From Sedimentisphaerales bacterium (GTDB lineage Bacteria; Planctomycetota; Phycisphaerae; Sedimentisphaerales; SM23-30), in the NCBI GenBank assembly GCA_963666285.1, contig OY762711.1: DNA of 64,000 bases. One strand, given 5' to 3'. A program made the translations under genes and the position numbers. Positions within the stretch are counted from its first letter, which is position 1. Each line of letters begins with the position of its first letter. Under the pieces are notes generated by a model, which worked only from the letters and a program-made list of their open reading frames with translations, made no database searches and had not been told where the DNA came from. Below are positions 37,754 to 46,412 of this stretch, piece by piece.

Positions 37754-38914
37754 TTACCCCAGTTTTTCGACTGGTTTTTTGCTCTTAGCCATTTTATAGA
37801 ACTCTTTGAACAGATAGTTAGAGTCATGCGGCCCGGGAGAAGCTTCCGGGTGATACTGAACGGCAAATAACGGAAGCTCTTTATGGGCAAAGCCTTCCAG
37901 AGTTTTATCGTTCAGGTTGATATGAGTAACTCTGATCTTATCTTTGTCAAGGGTGTCGAGATCAACCGCAAAACCGTGATTCTGAGAAGTAATTTCTACT
38001 CTGCCGGTGTCAAGGTTCATTACAGGCTGATTTCCGCCGCGATGACCAAATTTGAGTTTATAGGTTTTTCCGCCAAGAGCCTGGCCGATGAGCTGTAAGC
38101 CCAGGCAGATGCCAAACATTGGTACTTTTTTATCGAGCAGTCCCTTGATAGTTTCAATCGTATATTTGATCGGCTCTGGGTCGCCAGGGCCGTTACTGAC
38201 AAAAATACCATCCGGTTTAGTTGCCAGAATATCATCCACAGAACTTTGTGCCGGCAAAATAGTAACGTCAAACCCGGCTTCGACGAGGTTTCTGCTGATA
38301 TTGTCCTTTAGCCCGCAGTCGAATGCAACAACCTTTAGTTTGTCAGAAGCTTTATCTATTCCGGTAGGCCCAGCAAATTTAGATTCGTATCCTTTGTCCC
38401 ATTGGCATTTTTCTTTGCGGCAGACATTTTGTACCAGGTCGCGTCCGACAAGTCCCGGATATTCTCTGGCAAGCTTTACAAGTTCTGCATCATCAGTGAT
38501 TTCGGTACTGATTACGCCGTTCATAGCGCCTTTGATACGTAATTTGCGGGTAAGAGCTCGTGTGTCAATTTCACAAATACCTGGAATACCGTTGCTTATA
38601 AGATATTCCTGCAGAGACTGGCTTGCTCTGTGGTTACTGAAAACAGTAGAAGCTTCTTTTACCACAAAGCCAGATACCTGTACCTTTTCACTCTCAACGT
38701 CTTCGAGGGATACTCCATAGTTACCCTGCATAGGATATGTCATAGTGACGATTTGGTCGCTATAGCTGGGGTCGGTAAGAATTTCCTGATAACCGGTCAT
38801 GCTTGTATTGAAACAAACTTCGGCCTGTTTTGTCCCTTGAGCTCCGAAGCTAATTCCGTTAAAAACAGTTCCGTCTTCCAATGCAAGTTTTGCTGGTTGT
38901 CTTGTATTACTCAT
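37754..38914 (-). CDS. carA: Carbamoyl-phosphate synthase small subunit
   Basis: FNTSMTGYQE, SNGPGDP, FGICLG, QYHPEASPGP. carB is not adjacent. Confidence 0.97.
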   Translation of the reverse strand: MSNTRQPAKLALEDGTVFNGISFGAQGTKQAEVCFNTSMTGYQEILTDPSYSDQIVTMTYPMQGNYGVSLEDVESEKVQVSGFVVKEASTVFSNHRASQSLQEYLISNGIPGICEIDTRALTRKLRIKGAMNGVISTEITDDAELVKLAREYPGLVGRDLVQNVCRKEKCQWDKGYESKFAGPTGIDKASDKLKVVAFDCGLKDNISRNLVEAGFDVTILPAQSSVDDILATKPDGIFVSNGPGDPEPIKYTIETIKGLLDKKVPMFGICLGLQLIGQALGGKTYKLKFGHRGGNQPVMNLDTGRVEITSQNHGFAVDLDTLDKDKIRVTHINLNDKTLEGFAHKELPLFAVQYHPEASPGPHDSNYLFKEFYKMAKSKKPVEKLG

Positions 38915-39337
38915 AATAATAAATACTTTGTTCTACGTTTTTGCAATAAGTAATTAAATTTCAATATCTTAGTAAAAAAGGCCATAGGTCGGCCCACTTT
39001 TTTTGTTGTATTATTTGGACTTACGGCCAATTTTATTCAATACTTATACTATTATTGACGATAAGATTATCAGCCTTTTGGCTATTATAGGCTGTGGGTC
39101 ATCCGGCTTGTGCCGGAAAGCAGCCTGGCTTGGAGGGTCTGAGTTTTCGGCGGCTCAGACTCCTCTTTTCTTTTTAAAGCAATATTTTTTCAAAACTGCT
39201 AATTTATCTACTTTTAGGCAGTTAATGTATTTACACAACTATCTGTCTAGCCACGACATGATAAATCATTATCGTTATTTTAGCAAATAAAATATCAATT
39301 CATAAACAGCAAAGTTTTTGTTTGAAGATGGTTTTAG

Positions 39338-39931
39338 CTATTCCAGAATGCCATACATAACAAGTTTGGCTTCCTGTTTGATAGTGAGGACTTCTTTTAG
39401 TTCCTCCTGGGCCTTTACCAGTTCCTGCTGGGTAGCTTCTCTGGCAGCTCTAAGCTTTGTCAGGGCTTCTTTGATCTCCTCTGTGGTTGCGGTTTCGTTT
39501 TTTACCAGTTTTTCCAGATTGTCAGACGCTGTTTCTACCGGGTTTTTATCTTCCTGGTCATATGCTTTAATTGTTATACCACTATCGGTATACCATTTGC
39601 GGCTCATTTTGCGGAAAGTAGCCAGCCTGGCATTGTTGTTATTAGTCAAATCGATGACTCTATTCATCCTGGGGCCGATTATTGTCCATTCTTCATCAGT
39701 AATTTTCAAATCATTTTTGATCATTCTGACCATTCGGCTTTGAATACGATTCTCAAATTTCTTTATATCAAATTTGCCATTATCCATTACCTCAGAGAAA
39801 TCACTGAAATCGCCAAAGAAGCCAAATCCCTGGCCATTTCTATTACTTTTGCCGTTTCCCTGAGCGTAGCACATTACAGATATAACTAGAAACAGAATAA
39901 ATACCGTAGATACAAATGTTGCTTTTTTCAT
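39338..39931 (-). CDS. Secreted helical hypothetical protein
   Basis: AGGAG SD, signal peptide, DEEWTIIGPR...LTIKQEAKLV. Confidence 0.8.
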   Translation of the reverse strand: MKKATFVSTVFILFLVISVMCYAQGNGKSNRNGQGFGFFGDFSDFSEVMDNGKFDIKKFENRIQSRMVRMIKNDLKITDEEWTIIGPRMNRVIDLTNNNNARLATFRKMSRKWYTDSGITIKAYDQEDKNPVETASDNLEKLVKNETATTEEIKEALTKLRAAREATQQELVKAQEELKEVLTIKQEAKLVMYGILE

Positions 39932-40275
39932 TTTTGACTCCTGATAAGTATTGTAATATTAGGGTTTTACGAATAAATATGTTTAAGTTGTTTTATGATG
40001 TGAAACGAAAATCATACTTTTAAAGATGAATTTTGGAAGCTAAATACATTGTCTTTGTCTAAAGCAATGCAAAGCATTCCATAAGGCATATATTATTTCT
40101 AACACTTCATGTACTAATATGGTTACATTAAGCTGAGGAATTATCTTATATTAGCATATATATACCGGCTTTAGTTAACAATTGCATTAGAAAGTTTGAA
40201 ATATTCAATTAAAGTCGTATAATGAGATTATATAATAATTTATATTCAATCTGACGTGTTTTTCAGGATATAACA

Positions 40276-40578
40276 ATGGATCAAGTAAGAATTGATATTA
40301 TTAAGGATGAGATTGCCGGCATTTTGGCGAAAGAGACTAATACTTCACAAATTCAGGTGCTTCTGGATGAATTGTTCACCGAATCAGAAGTAAACGACTT
40401 GTGTATGCGCTGGGAGCTTATGAAGCTGTTATTGCAGGGTAAGTCGCAGCGGGTGATCGCAGATGAATTGGGTTTGAGTTTGTGTAAGATAACCCGTGGC
40501 TCAAAAATCCTGAAAAATGCTCGGTCTGTAGTCAAAAAGAGCCTGGAGGAGATATTAAGCAAGGACAAGGATTTATAA
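40276..40578 (+). CDS. Trp repressor (TrpR/YerC) family regulator
   Basis: LFTESE...RW...L..G.SQR.IA..LG.S..KITRGS pattern. Confidence 0.82.
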   Translation: MDQVRIDIIKDEIAGILAKETNTSQIQVLLDELFTESEVNDLCMRWELMKLLLQGKSQRVIADELGLSLCKITRGSKILKNARSVVKKSLEEILSKDKDL

Positions 40579-40617
40579 GCATTTAGGAGTAGGAAGCCTC
40601 TGTTATTAGGGCGTCCT

Positions 40618-42705
40618 TTATTTAGTGCCAGCTGAGTTGATGATATCATTTACTAGTGGAATAAGTTTCATAAATGGTTGGCCCATTTCGATAGCATCTT
40701 CGAGTTGTTTTGCCGCATCTGATATATTTTTAACATCAAGTTTAGCAGCATCGCATGCCAGGCTTTCAGCAATTTTGCTCATAAGCAGAATGTCTTCTTC
40801 TTCGACGGCACAGATCAATTTTTCCAGTTCCAATCCTATTCGCAGTGCTTTAAGATCAGCTTCGTCAGGCATCTCATGTGGGCGGTCCTGAGAGCGAGCT
40901 GTAACGACTTCAGCGATCCGTTCGACGATTAGAGGATCGAACCGGGTGCCAGCCATCAAACGTAGTTCTTCAATAGCTTGTTCAGTTGAAATCCCTTCAC
41001 TGTAAACACTGTCAGTAATGAGGTTATCATAAGCAGAAGCGACAGCAATGATACGTGATCGAATCGGGATATTATCACCGGTCGGCATATCCGGATGGCC
41101 CGGAGTGCCACGATACCATGCAGAGGAATATTTCATAATACCAATAAGTTCGCTTGAATTAAAGGAAGTGCTGACAGTTTCTACTCCCATTCTCAGGTGA
41201 TAACTTAACAGCTTTTGTTCTTCATCAGTAAGCTTATGACGTTTAGCTAATATTTCGTCTGGAACACTTATTTTGCCAATATCGTGCAGAAGTGCAGCAA
41301 CTTCAAGTACATATGAGTCGACCTGGTTCATAAGTCCGCGTGCAGTATTAACACAGAGGTCAGCTACTCTTCGGCTATGCATTGCCGCCGCAGCGTCGCG
41401 TTGTTCCAGTGCCGAAAGCAGGGCATGAACCGCCTGGAAAGGAATATCAAAGTATGCTTTGTTGTCTTCATTTTCCTGGTTATTAGCAGGAGATTCCAGA
41501 GAAGTCTTTTCAGTATTTCTAGCATCATCAGGGAGTTTATCCCAGCGATGCATCTGGTTTCCGCCTTTATGCATGGAATAATGCATTGCTATATCTGATT
41601 GGTTGGTAAGCTCTTGCGGGTTTTTAGCGTTAGCCTGCATAGAGGACAGTCCAATTGATATTGTGGTAAGGATGTCGCATGGGTGACTTTCTTCCACTTT
41701 GCGTCTGATTTTTTCAGCAGTTTGTGCAGCAGCTTCTATCGAGGTATGGGGAAGAAGAATACAGAATTCCTCACCGCTTATGCGGCTGACATAGTCACTT
41801 TTGCGAATATTGTCTTTAATGAGTCCGGCAACGACTCTCAAGACTTCATCGCCGGCATTATGGCCGTGTTCATCGTTGATTTTACGTAACTGGTCTATAT
41901 CCAGTAAGATACAACTCATATCGTAGTCGTATCGCTTGGCCCCGCTCCATTCACCTTCGAATACTTCAAAGAAAGCGTGGCGATTGTAGCAGTTTGTGAG
42001 ATGGTCCTGCATTGCCATTTTCTTTAGCGCTTCATTTTGTGTACTGACTTTCTTGTGAGTTTCTTTGAGTTCAGCCATAGTTTTTCTGAACTTAGCTTTT
42101 TGATCAAGATATTTCGTAATGTCTCTAACAGTAATAATTACGCCGTCAACCTGGTTATTTTCATCTTTAATTGGAGTGGCGTTCACTGAAAGTGTTTTGG
42201 GAAGTTGCTCCTTAGGTTTTACCAGCAGTTGTATATCTTTAACAGGCAAAGATTTATCAATAGCAGCGGTCCAAGGCATAATATCAGGTTTTTTATGCCA
42301 GGAAATAGAATCAATAGATTGGTCTTTAATATCGCTCATATGTTTGTTGGTGATATTGAGAAACTCTTTATTAGCAACCAGAATATTGGCCGAAGTATCC
42401 AGAATTGCGACACCTTCGCTGATATTTTCCAGAATGTGGTATTCACGTTCAGTGATATCTTCGCTGCTAAACTCAATAAGTTTGCTAAGTGTTTTTCTGA
42501 CAAGTATTAAAAATCCAACAAGTGAAAAGGCTAATGCAGAAAACGCCAGAATTGAATAGCCGGTGAAAATGTTGTTAGTTTCCGGCTGTGATTCTGGTGT
42601 GTTAGAAGCGATGGATATACCTACTGCGATTGCAGATATTACGACAGTAGCCAGCAGTATTTCATAACTTATTATATTAAAATAGTTTATTGGTTTATTT
42701 TTCAT
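40618..42705 (-). CDS. Membrane PAS-GGDEF-HD-GYP protein with degenerate catalytic motifs
   Basis: 2 TM, PAS, RKSD-x5-SGEEF, LLHDIGK; HHE/GYP motifs are missing; Hpt-like tail. Confidence 0.87.
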   Translation of the reverse strand: MKNKPINYFNIISYEILLATVVISAIAVGISIASNTPESQPETNNIFTGYSILAFSALAFSLVGFLILVRKTLSKLIEFSSEDITEREYHILENISEGVAILDTSANILVANKEFLNITNKHMSDIKDQSIDSISWHKKPDIMPWTAAIDKSLPVKDIQLLVKPKEQLPKTLSVNATPIKDENNQVDGVIITVRDITKYLDQKAKFRKTMAELKETHKKVSTQNEALKKMAMQDHLTNCYNRHAFFEVFEGEWSGAKRYDYDMSCILLDIDQLRKINDEHGHNAGDEVLRVVAGLIKDNIRKSDYVSRISGEEFCILLPHTSIEAAAQTAEKIRRKVEESHPCDILTTISIGLSSMQANAKNPQELTNQSDIAMHYSMHKGGNQMHRWDKLPDDARNTEKTSLESPANNQENEDNKAYFDIPFQAVHALLSALEQRDAAAAMHSRRVADLCVNTARGLMNQVDSYVLEVAALLHDIGKISVPDEILAKRHKLTDEEQKLLSYHLRMGVETVSTSFNSSELIGIMKYSSAWYRGTPGHPDMPTGDNIPIRSRIIAVASAYDNLITDSVYSEGISTEQAIEELRLMAGTRFDPLIVERIAEVVTARSQDRPHEMPDEADLKALRIGLELEKLICAVEEEDILLMSKIAESLACDAAKLDVKNISDAAKQLEDAIEMGQPFMKLIPLVNDIINSAGTK

Positions 42706-42907
42706 CTTGTTAGATATTATCGGCCATGTTAAATACCTACTTTGGCGGATAGTAGGAAAAGGAGGTGGATTAAGAATTCTTAAGTTGTTTTAAGCAAAAG
42801 ATTTGGTGGTTTGTTTTGGCTTGATTTGTATGAAATCTTATGGTACTATTTTTCTTTTATTGCGTAAGTAACCTTATATAACAACTTAAAAGAAGTGGGC
42901 TATTGAC

Positions 42908-43975
42908 ATGACCGAACCAGACAGAGGCGATAAGTTCCTGATCGTTTCATCCTCACCTCACCTGAGCGAGCCGGCAACAAGTCGGCGAATAATGGCCGAA
43001 GTAATTATTGGCTGTTCTCCCGCAGTATTATTTGCAGTATATTTCTTTAAGATATTGGCGATAAAGGTTTTATTGTCATGTATTATTGCTGCAGTGGTGA
43101 CAGAATATATCTTTAATGTGGTAAGGAAGAAGCGTCAGACGGCTTTAGACGGAAGTGCGATAGTTGCAGCTTTGATTCTGGGCCTTTCATTACCGCCATC
43201 GATTCCGTTTTGGGCGGCTATGATTGGTATGGTGGTGGCGATAGCGGTAGCGAAAATGCTATTTGGCGGTTTGGGATGTAATATCTTTAACCCGGCAATG
43301 GTTGGCCGTGCTTTCCTGATGGCGTGCTTTGGAACGATGATGACATTCTGGGTAACTCCCGAACATGTTGATTATAAAGGAATTAAGACAAATGATGCCG
43401 GTGAGTCGGTGGTTGCCGTGTCAGAAGCTACGCCTTTGAAGCATTTCAAAGAGCAGATAAAGCTAAAAGATACTCCGGTTGATGAATCATCAGAAGTAAC
43501 TGAAATAGAAGAAGTTACAGTAGAAGATACCCTGAGTAAAGCATTCTGGGGTAATATAGGCGGCTCGCTGGGAGAGACCAGTACGCTGGCCTGGCTGATC
43601 GGAGGATTATTCCTGCTGTTGAGAGGTACAGTTACCTGGCACACGCCGGTGGGGGTATTGGGCTCGGCGTTGTTAATATCTGGTATAGCGTGGCTTATAG
43701 ACGATAAGGCATATGTAAATCCGCTGATGCACCTTTGCAGCGGCGGTTTGATGATGTGTGCATTCTTTATAGCGACCGACCCGGTGACATGTCCTTTGAC
43801 GAAGAAAGGTCGTTTGATCTTCGGAATAGGCGTAGGCTCTCTGACAATGCTGATTCGCCTGATAGGCGGTTATCCAGAGGGTATAATGTATGCGATTCTG
43901 CTGATGAACTCGGTAACGCCGCTGATTGACAGCTGGACAGTTCCTAAGCCTTATGGAGATGTGCCGAAGCCGTAA
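42908..43975 (+). CDS. rnfD: Rnf complex subunit D
   Basis: SSSPH, GGLGCNIFNPAMVGRA, FMN-attachment SEATPL, GSLGETS, TDPVT, GGYPEG. Confidence 0.93.
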   Translation: MTEPDRGDKFLIVSSSPHLSEPATSRRIMAEVIIGCSPAVLFAVYFFKILAIKVLLSCIIAAVVTEYIFNVVRKKRQTALDGSAIVAALILGLSLPPSIPFWAAMIGMVVAIAVAKMLFGGLGCNIFNPAMVGRAFLMACFGTMMTFWVTPEHVDYKGIKTNDAGESVVAVSEATPLKHFKEQIKLKDTPVDESSEVTEIEEVTVEDTLSKAFWGNIGGSLGETSTLAWLIGGLFLLLRGTVTWHTPVGVLGSALLISGIAWLIDDKAYVNPLMHLCSGGLMMCAFFIATDPVTCPLTKKGRLIFGIGVGSLTMLIRLIGGYPEGIMYAILLMNSVTPLIDSWTVPKPYGDVPKP

Positions 43976-43983
43976 AGCTATCT

Positions 43984-44147
43984 ACCGTACAGTTACGGTG
44001 TTTATGCGGCCGCTAATCGGCAGGTAACGGAAGTATCGCCGAGCAGAAGAGAGCCGAAACGGGCAACGGCGTTAAGCGGCGTCCTGCAGCGATATACTGA
44101 AGGGCGGCGGAGTATAGACGGCCGCGAATTGAGCCGGTGCGGCGGCC
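43984..44147 (+). ncRNA. Candidate structured RNA or repeat element between rnfD and rnfG
   Basis: GC-rich island with nested complementary stems (see findings). Confidence 0.4.
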
Positions 44148-44257
44148 AACGAAAATCAGCAAAATTCAGCAAAAGCAGGTGTGGTAGTACCAGATAACAA
44201 AGTATTCAATAGCTGTCAAATGACGGTAAAAAATAAATTATACAAGGTGAAAAAGTA

Positions 44258-44851
44258 ATGAAAAAGTTTATTCAGGATTCCTGGCTGGTAATAGTCTCGT
44301 CGCTGGTATTTGGTTTACTGGTGGCAGGCGTTGATGGAGCATTGAGGGAAAGAATTAATCAGAATAAATTAAGTAAGCGTGACAAAAATATGACGGATCT
44401 TATGGGCGGTAATTGCAGTTTTGCAGAAAAGACTGTAAAGGATGCCGAAGGAAAAGAGCTGGTTTATTTTGAGGCACAAGAAAATGGCAATACAACAGGA
44501 TATTGCTTTACAGCCGAGGGAGCCGGTTTTGCCGACAGGATAGAGCTGATTGTTGCGGTAGACAGCAAATTTGAAAAGTGTAAGGGATTTGCAGTGATGT
44601 ACTCACAGGAAACTCCAGGCTTTGGCGATAAGATAGTGCCGGTTGGAGAAGGTACTTTTAGTGATGAGTTTAAAGGTTCACCATGTCCGACGCCGTCCAA
44701 GAAACTGGTAGTATCCAAGGTAGGAGATAAGACAAATCGGGAAGATACCGAGATCGTTGCTATAACAGGTGCAACAATAAGCTCCGAAGCGGTAACGAAG
44801 ATAGTAAATGACTCAATTTTATTGATGCGTGAATTGCTATTGCAAAAATAA
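44258..44851 (+). CDS. rnfG: Rnf complex subunit G
   Basis: N-terminal TM, ETPGFG, FMN motif ITGATISS. Confidence 0.9.
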   Translation: MKKFIQDSWLVIVSSLVFGLLVAGVDGALRERINQNKLSKRDKNMTDLMGGNCSFAEKTVKDAEGKELVYFEAQENGNTTGYCFTAEGAGFADRIELIVAVDSKFEKCKGFAVMYSQETPGFGDKIVPVGEGTFSDEFKGSPCPTPSKKLVVSKVGDKTNREDTEIVAITGATISSEAVTKIVNDSILLMRELLLQK

Positions 44852-44929
44852 AAAGTGAAGAACAAAGCGAATAGTTGTTGAGTAAGTTTTTGGTCTCACA
44901 GCTAAGTAAGAAGATAAACGAGGTATAAG

Positions 44930-45552
44930 ATGGCAGAAAATGCTATAGAGAAAAAAGGTCCAAGTGCGACAAAGTCACTAATAGTCGGGCTATGGGAAGA
45001 AAACGCAGTATTTCGGCAATTGCTGGGAATGTGTCCGACGCTTGCGGTAACAGCAGATGTAAAGTCGGCGCTGACGATGGGCATGGCCACTACTTTTGTT
45101 CTAATATGTTCGAATGTAGTAGTCTCTATGATGAGAAAGCTTCTGGTTGGTCATTTGCGTATCCTGATGTTTACGCTTACGATCGCAACTTTTGTATCAA
45201 TAGCAGATTTGATATTACAAGCGTTTTTGCCGGAGATGTCGGCAAAGCTGGGGCCGTTTGTACCGCTGATTATTGTGAACTGTTTGATTATTGGTCGAGC
45301 GGAGGCTTGCGGCAGTAGAAACGGTGTGGTAGTAAGTTTTATGGATGCTGTTGGTATGGGTCTGGGCTTTACACTTGGCCTTTGCATCCTGGCTTGTGTT
45401 CGGGAACCATTAGCAGACGGGGCAATATTTGGTTATGTATTTATGCCAGAAAGTTTTGAGCGCTGGAATGTTATGAAGCTGCGGCGGGCGCGTTTTTGAC
45501 ATTGGGTATATTGCTTGGTTTGAATAATCACTTTAGCAAGAACAAAAAATAG
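44930..45552 (+). pseudogene. rnfE: Rnf complex subunit E, frameshifted near 45482 (or sequencing error)
   Basis: LGMCPTLAVT, PLIIVNC. Restoring one base gives the conserved LPAGAFLTLGILLG tail ending at TAG 45550-45552. Confidence 0.85.
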
Positions 45553-45593
45553 AAATAAGGTCGATAACTGAAGTTTGACTTGAGGAAAATATA

Positions 45594-46193
45594 ATGTTAG
45601 GAACATTTGGTGAACAGCTAGGACATTTGGTATTACTTTTCATTTCGATGTCGATAGTAAATAACTTTGTATTAACAAAGTTTTTGGGTATCTGTCCGTA
45701 CCTGGGCGTGTCGCGTAAGGTTGATATGGCGTTCGGTATGGGTTGTGCCGTAACATTTGTTATGACTGTCAGTGCAGTTGTGACCTGGCTGGTTTATGTA
45801 TTGCTGGAAACACTTGGGATTCCGTTTCTTAAGTACATTGCATTTATCATGGTAATTGCTAGTATGGTGCAGTTGGTAGAAATGTTTATTCGCAAGTTTT
45901 TCCCACCTTTGTATAAAAGCTTTGGAATATTTCTGCCGCTGATTGTGACGAACTGTGCGATACTTGGCTGCTGTCTAATAATTAATCTGGAAAAGTATAA
46001 TTTCCTTGAGGCGTTGACAGTAGGTTTTGGCGGTGGTATCGGTTTTACTTTGGCAATCTGTATAATGGGCGGAATACGTGAACGTCTGGAGTCTTCTGAT
46101 GTGCCAGATTGCCTGAAGGGTGCTGGTATCACCTTGATAACAGCGTCGATAATGACACTGGCATTTATGGGCTTTTCGGGAATGGTTAAATAA
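45594..46193 (+). CDS. rnfA: Rnf complex subunit A
   Basis: NNFVLTKFLGICP, LVEM, LPLIVTNCAILG, IRERL. Confidence 0.93.
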   Translation: MLGTFGEQLGHLVLLFISMSIVNNFVLTKFLGICPYLGVSRKVDMAFGMGCAVTFVMTVSAVVTWLVYVLLETLGIPFLKYIAFIMVIASMVQLVEMFIRKFFPPLYKSFGIFLPLIVTNCAILGCCLIINLEKYNFLEALTVGFGGGIGFTLAICIMGGIRERLESSDVPDCLKGAGITLITASIMTLAFMGFSGMVK

Positions 46194-46277
46194 CTAAATC
46201 TGCTTCAGCAGATTTAGTTAAGTGAAAAATGAAGAGTGAAAAGTGAAGAGTTGCGGTGTCCCGATGTACATCGGGAC
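46191..46277. repeat. Palindrome, heptamer run and palindrome after rnfA
   Basis: 13-bp stem 46191-46220; ARTGAAR x4 at 46221-46248; perfect 20-bp palindrome GTCCCGATGTACATCGGGAC at 46258-46277. Confidence 0.75.
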
Positions 46278-46412
46278 CTTATTTTTTAAAAGCTAATGCA
46301 AATGAAGGTTGAGTAAAAATGGGGAAATAGTGATTAGAGGACAGCTGTTAGTTGGGAGTGATGAGAATTTGTAGGGTGCTTAGCGACCTTAAAGATAGGT
46401 ATTGGGTGCGGG

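Noticed and set aside
39095..39130. SRP RNA or c-di-GMP-I riboswitch resemblance (GGTCA...GGAAAGCAGCC)
   Set aside because: Lacks the CAGG plus GNRA loop of SRP helix 8 and the GGCAAA/GCAAA P1-P2 of GEMM-I; kept only as an unassigned RNA candidate.
39003..39290. 95-aa + strand ORF upstream of carA
   Set aside because: TTG start without SD, runs through a terminator-like hairpin, no protein-like features.
40109..40128. ATGTACTAATATGGTTACAT as a TrpR operator
   Set aside because: Spacing does not fit GNACT-N8-AGTNC; a weak palindrome in AT-rich DNA.
43976..44197. Stop-codon readthrough extension of RnfD
   Set aside because: RnfD already ends at its normal C-terminus, the stop is TAA, and an open frame is unsurprising in GC-rich sequence.
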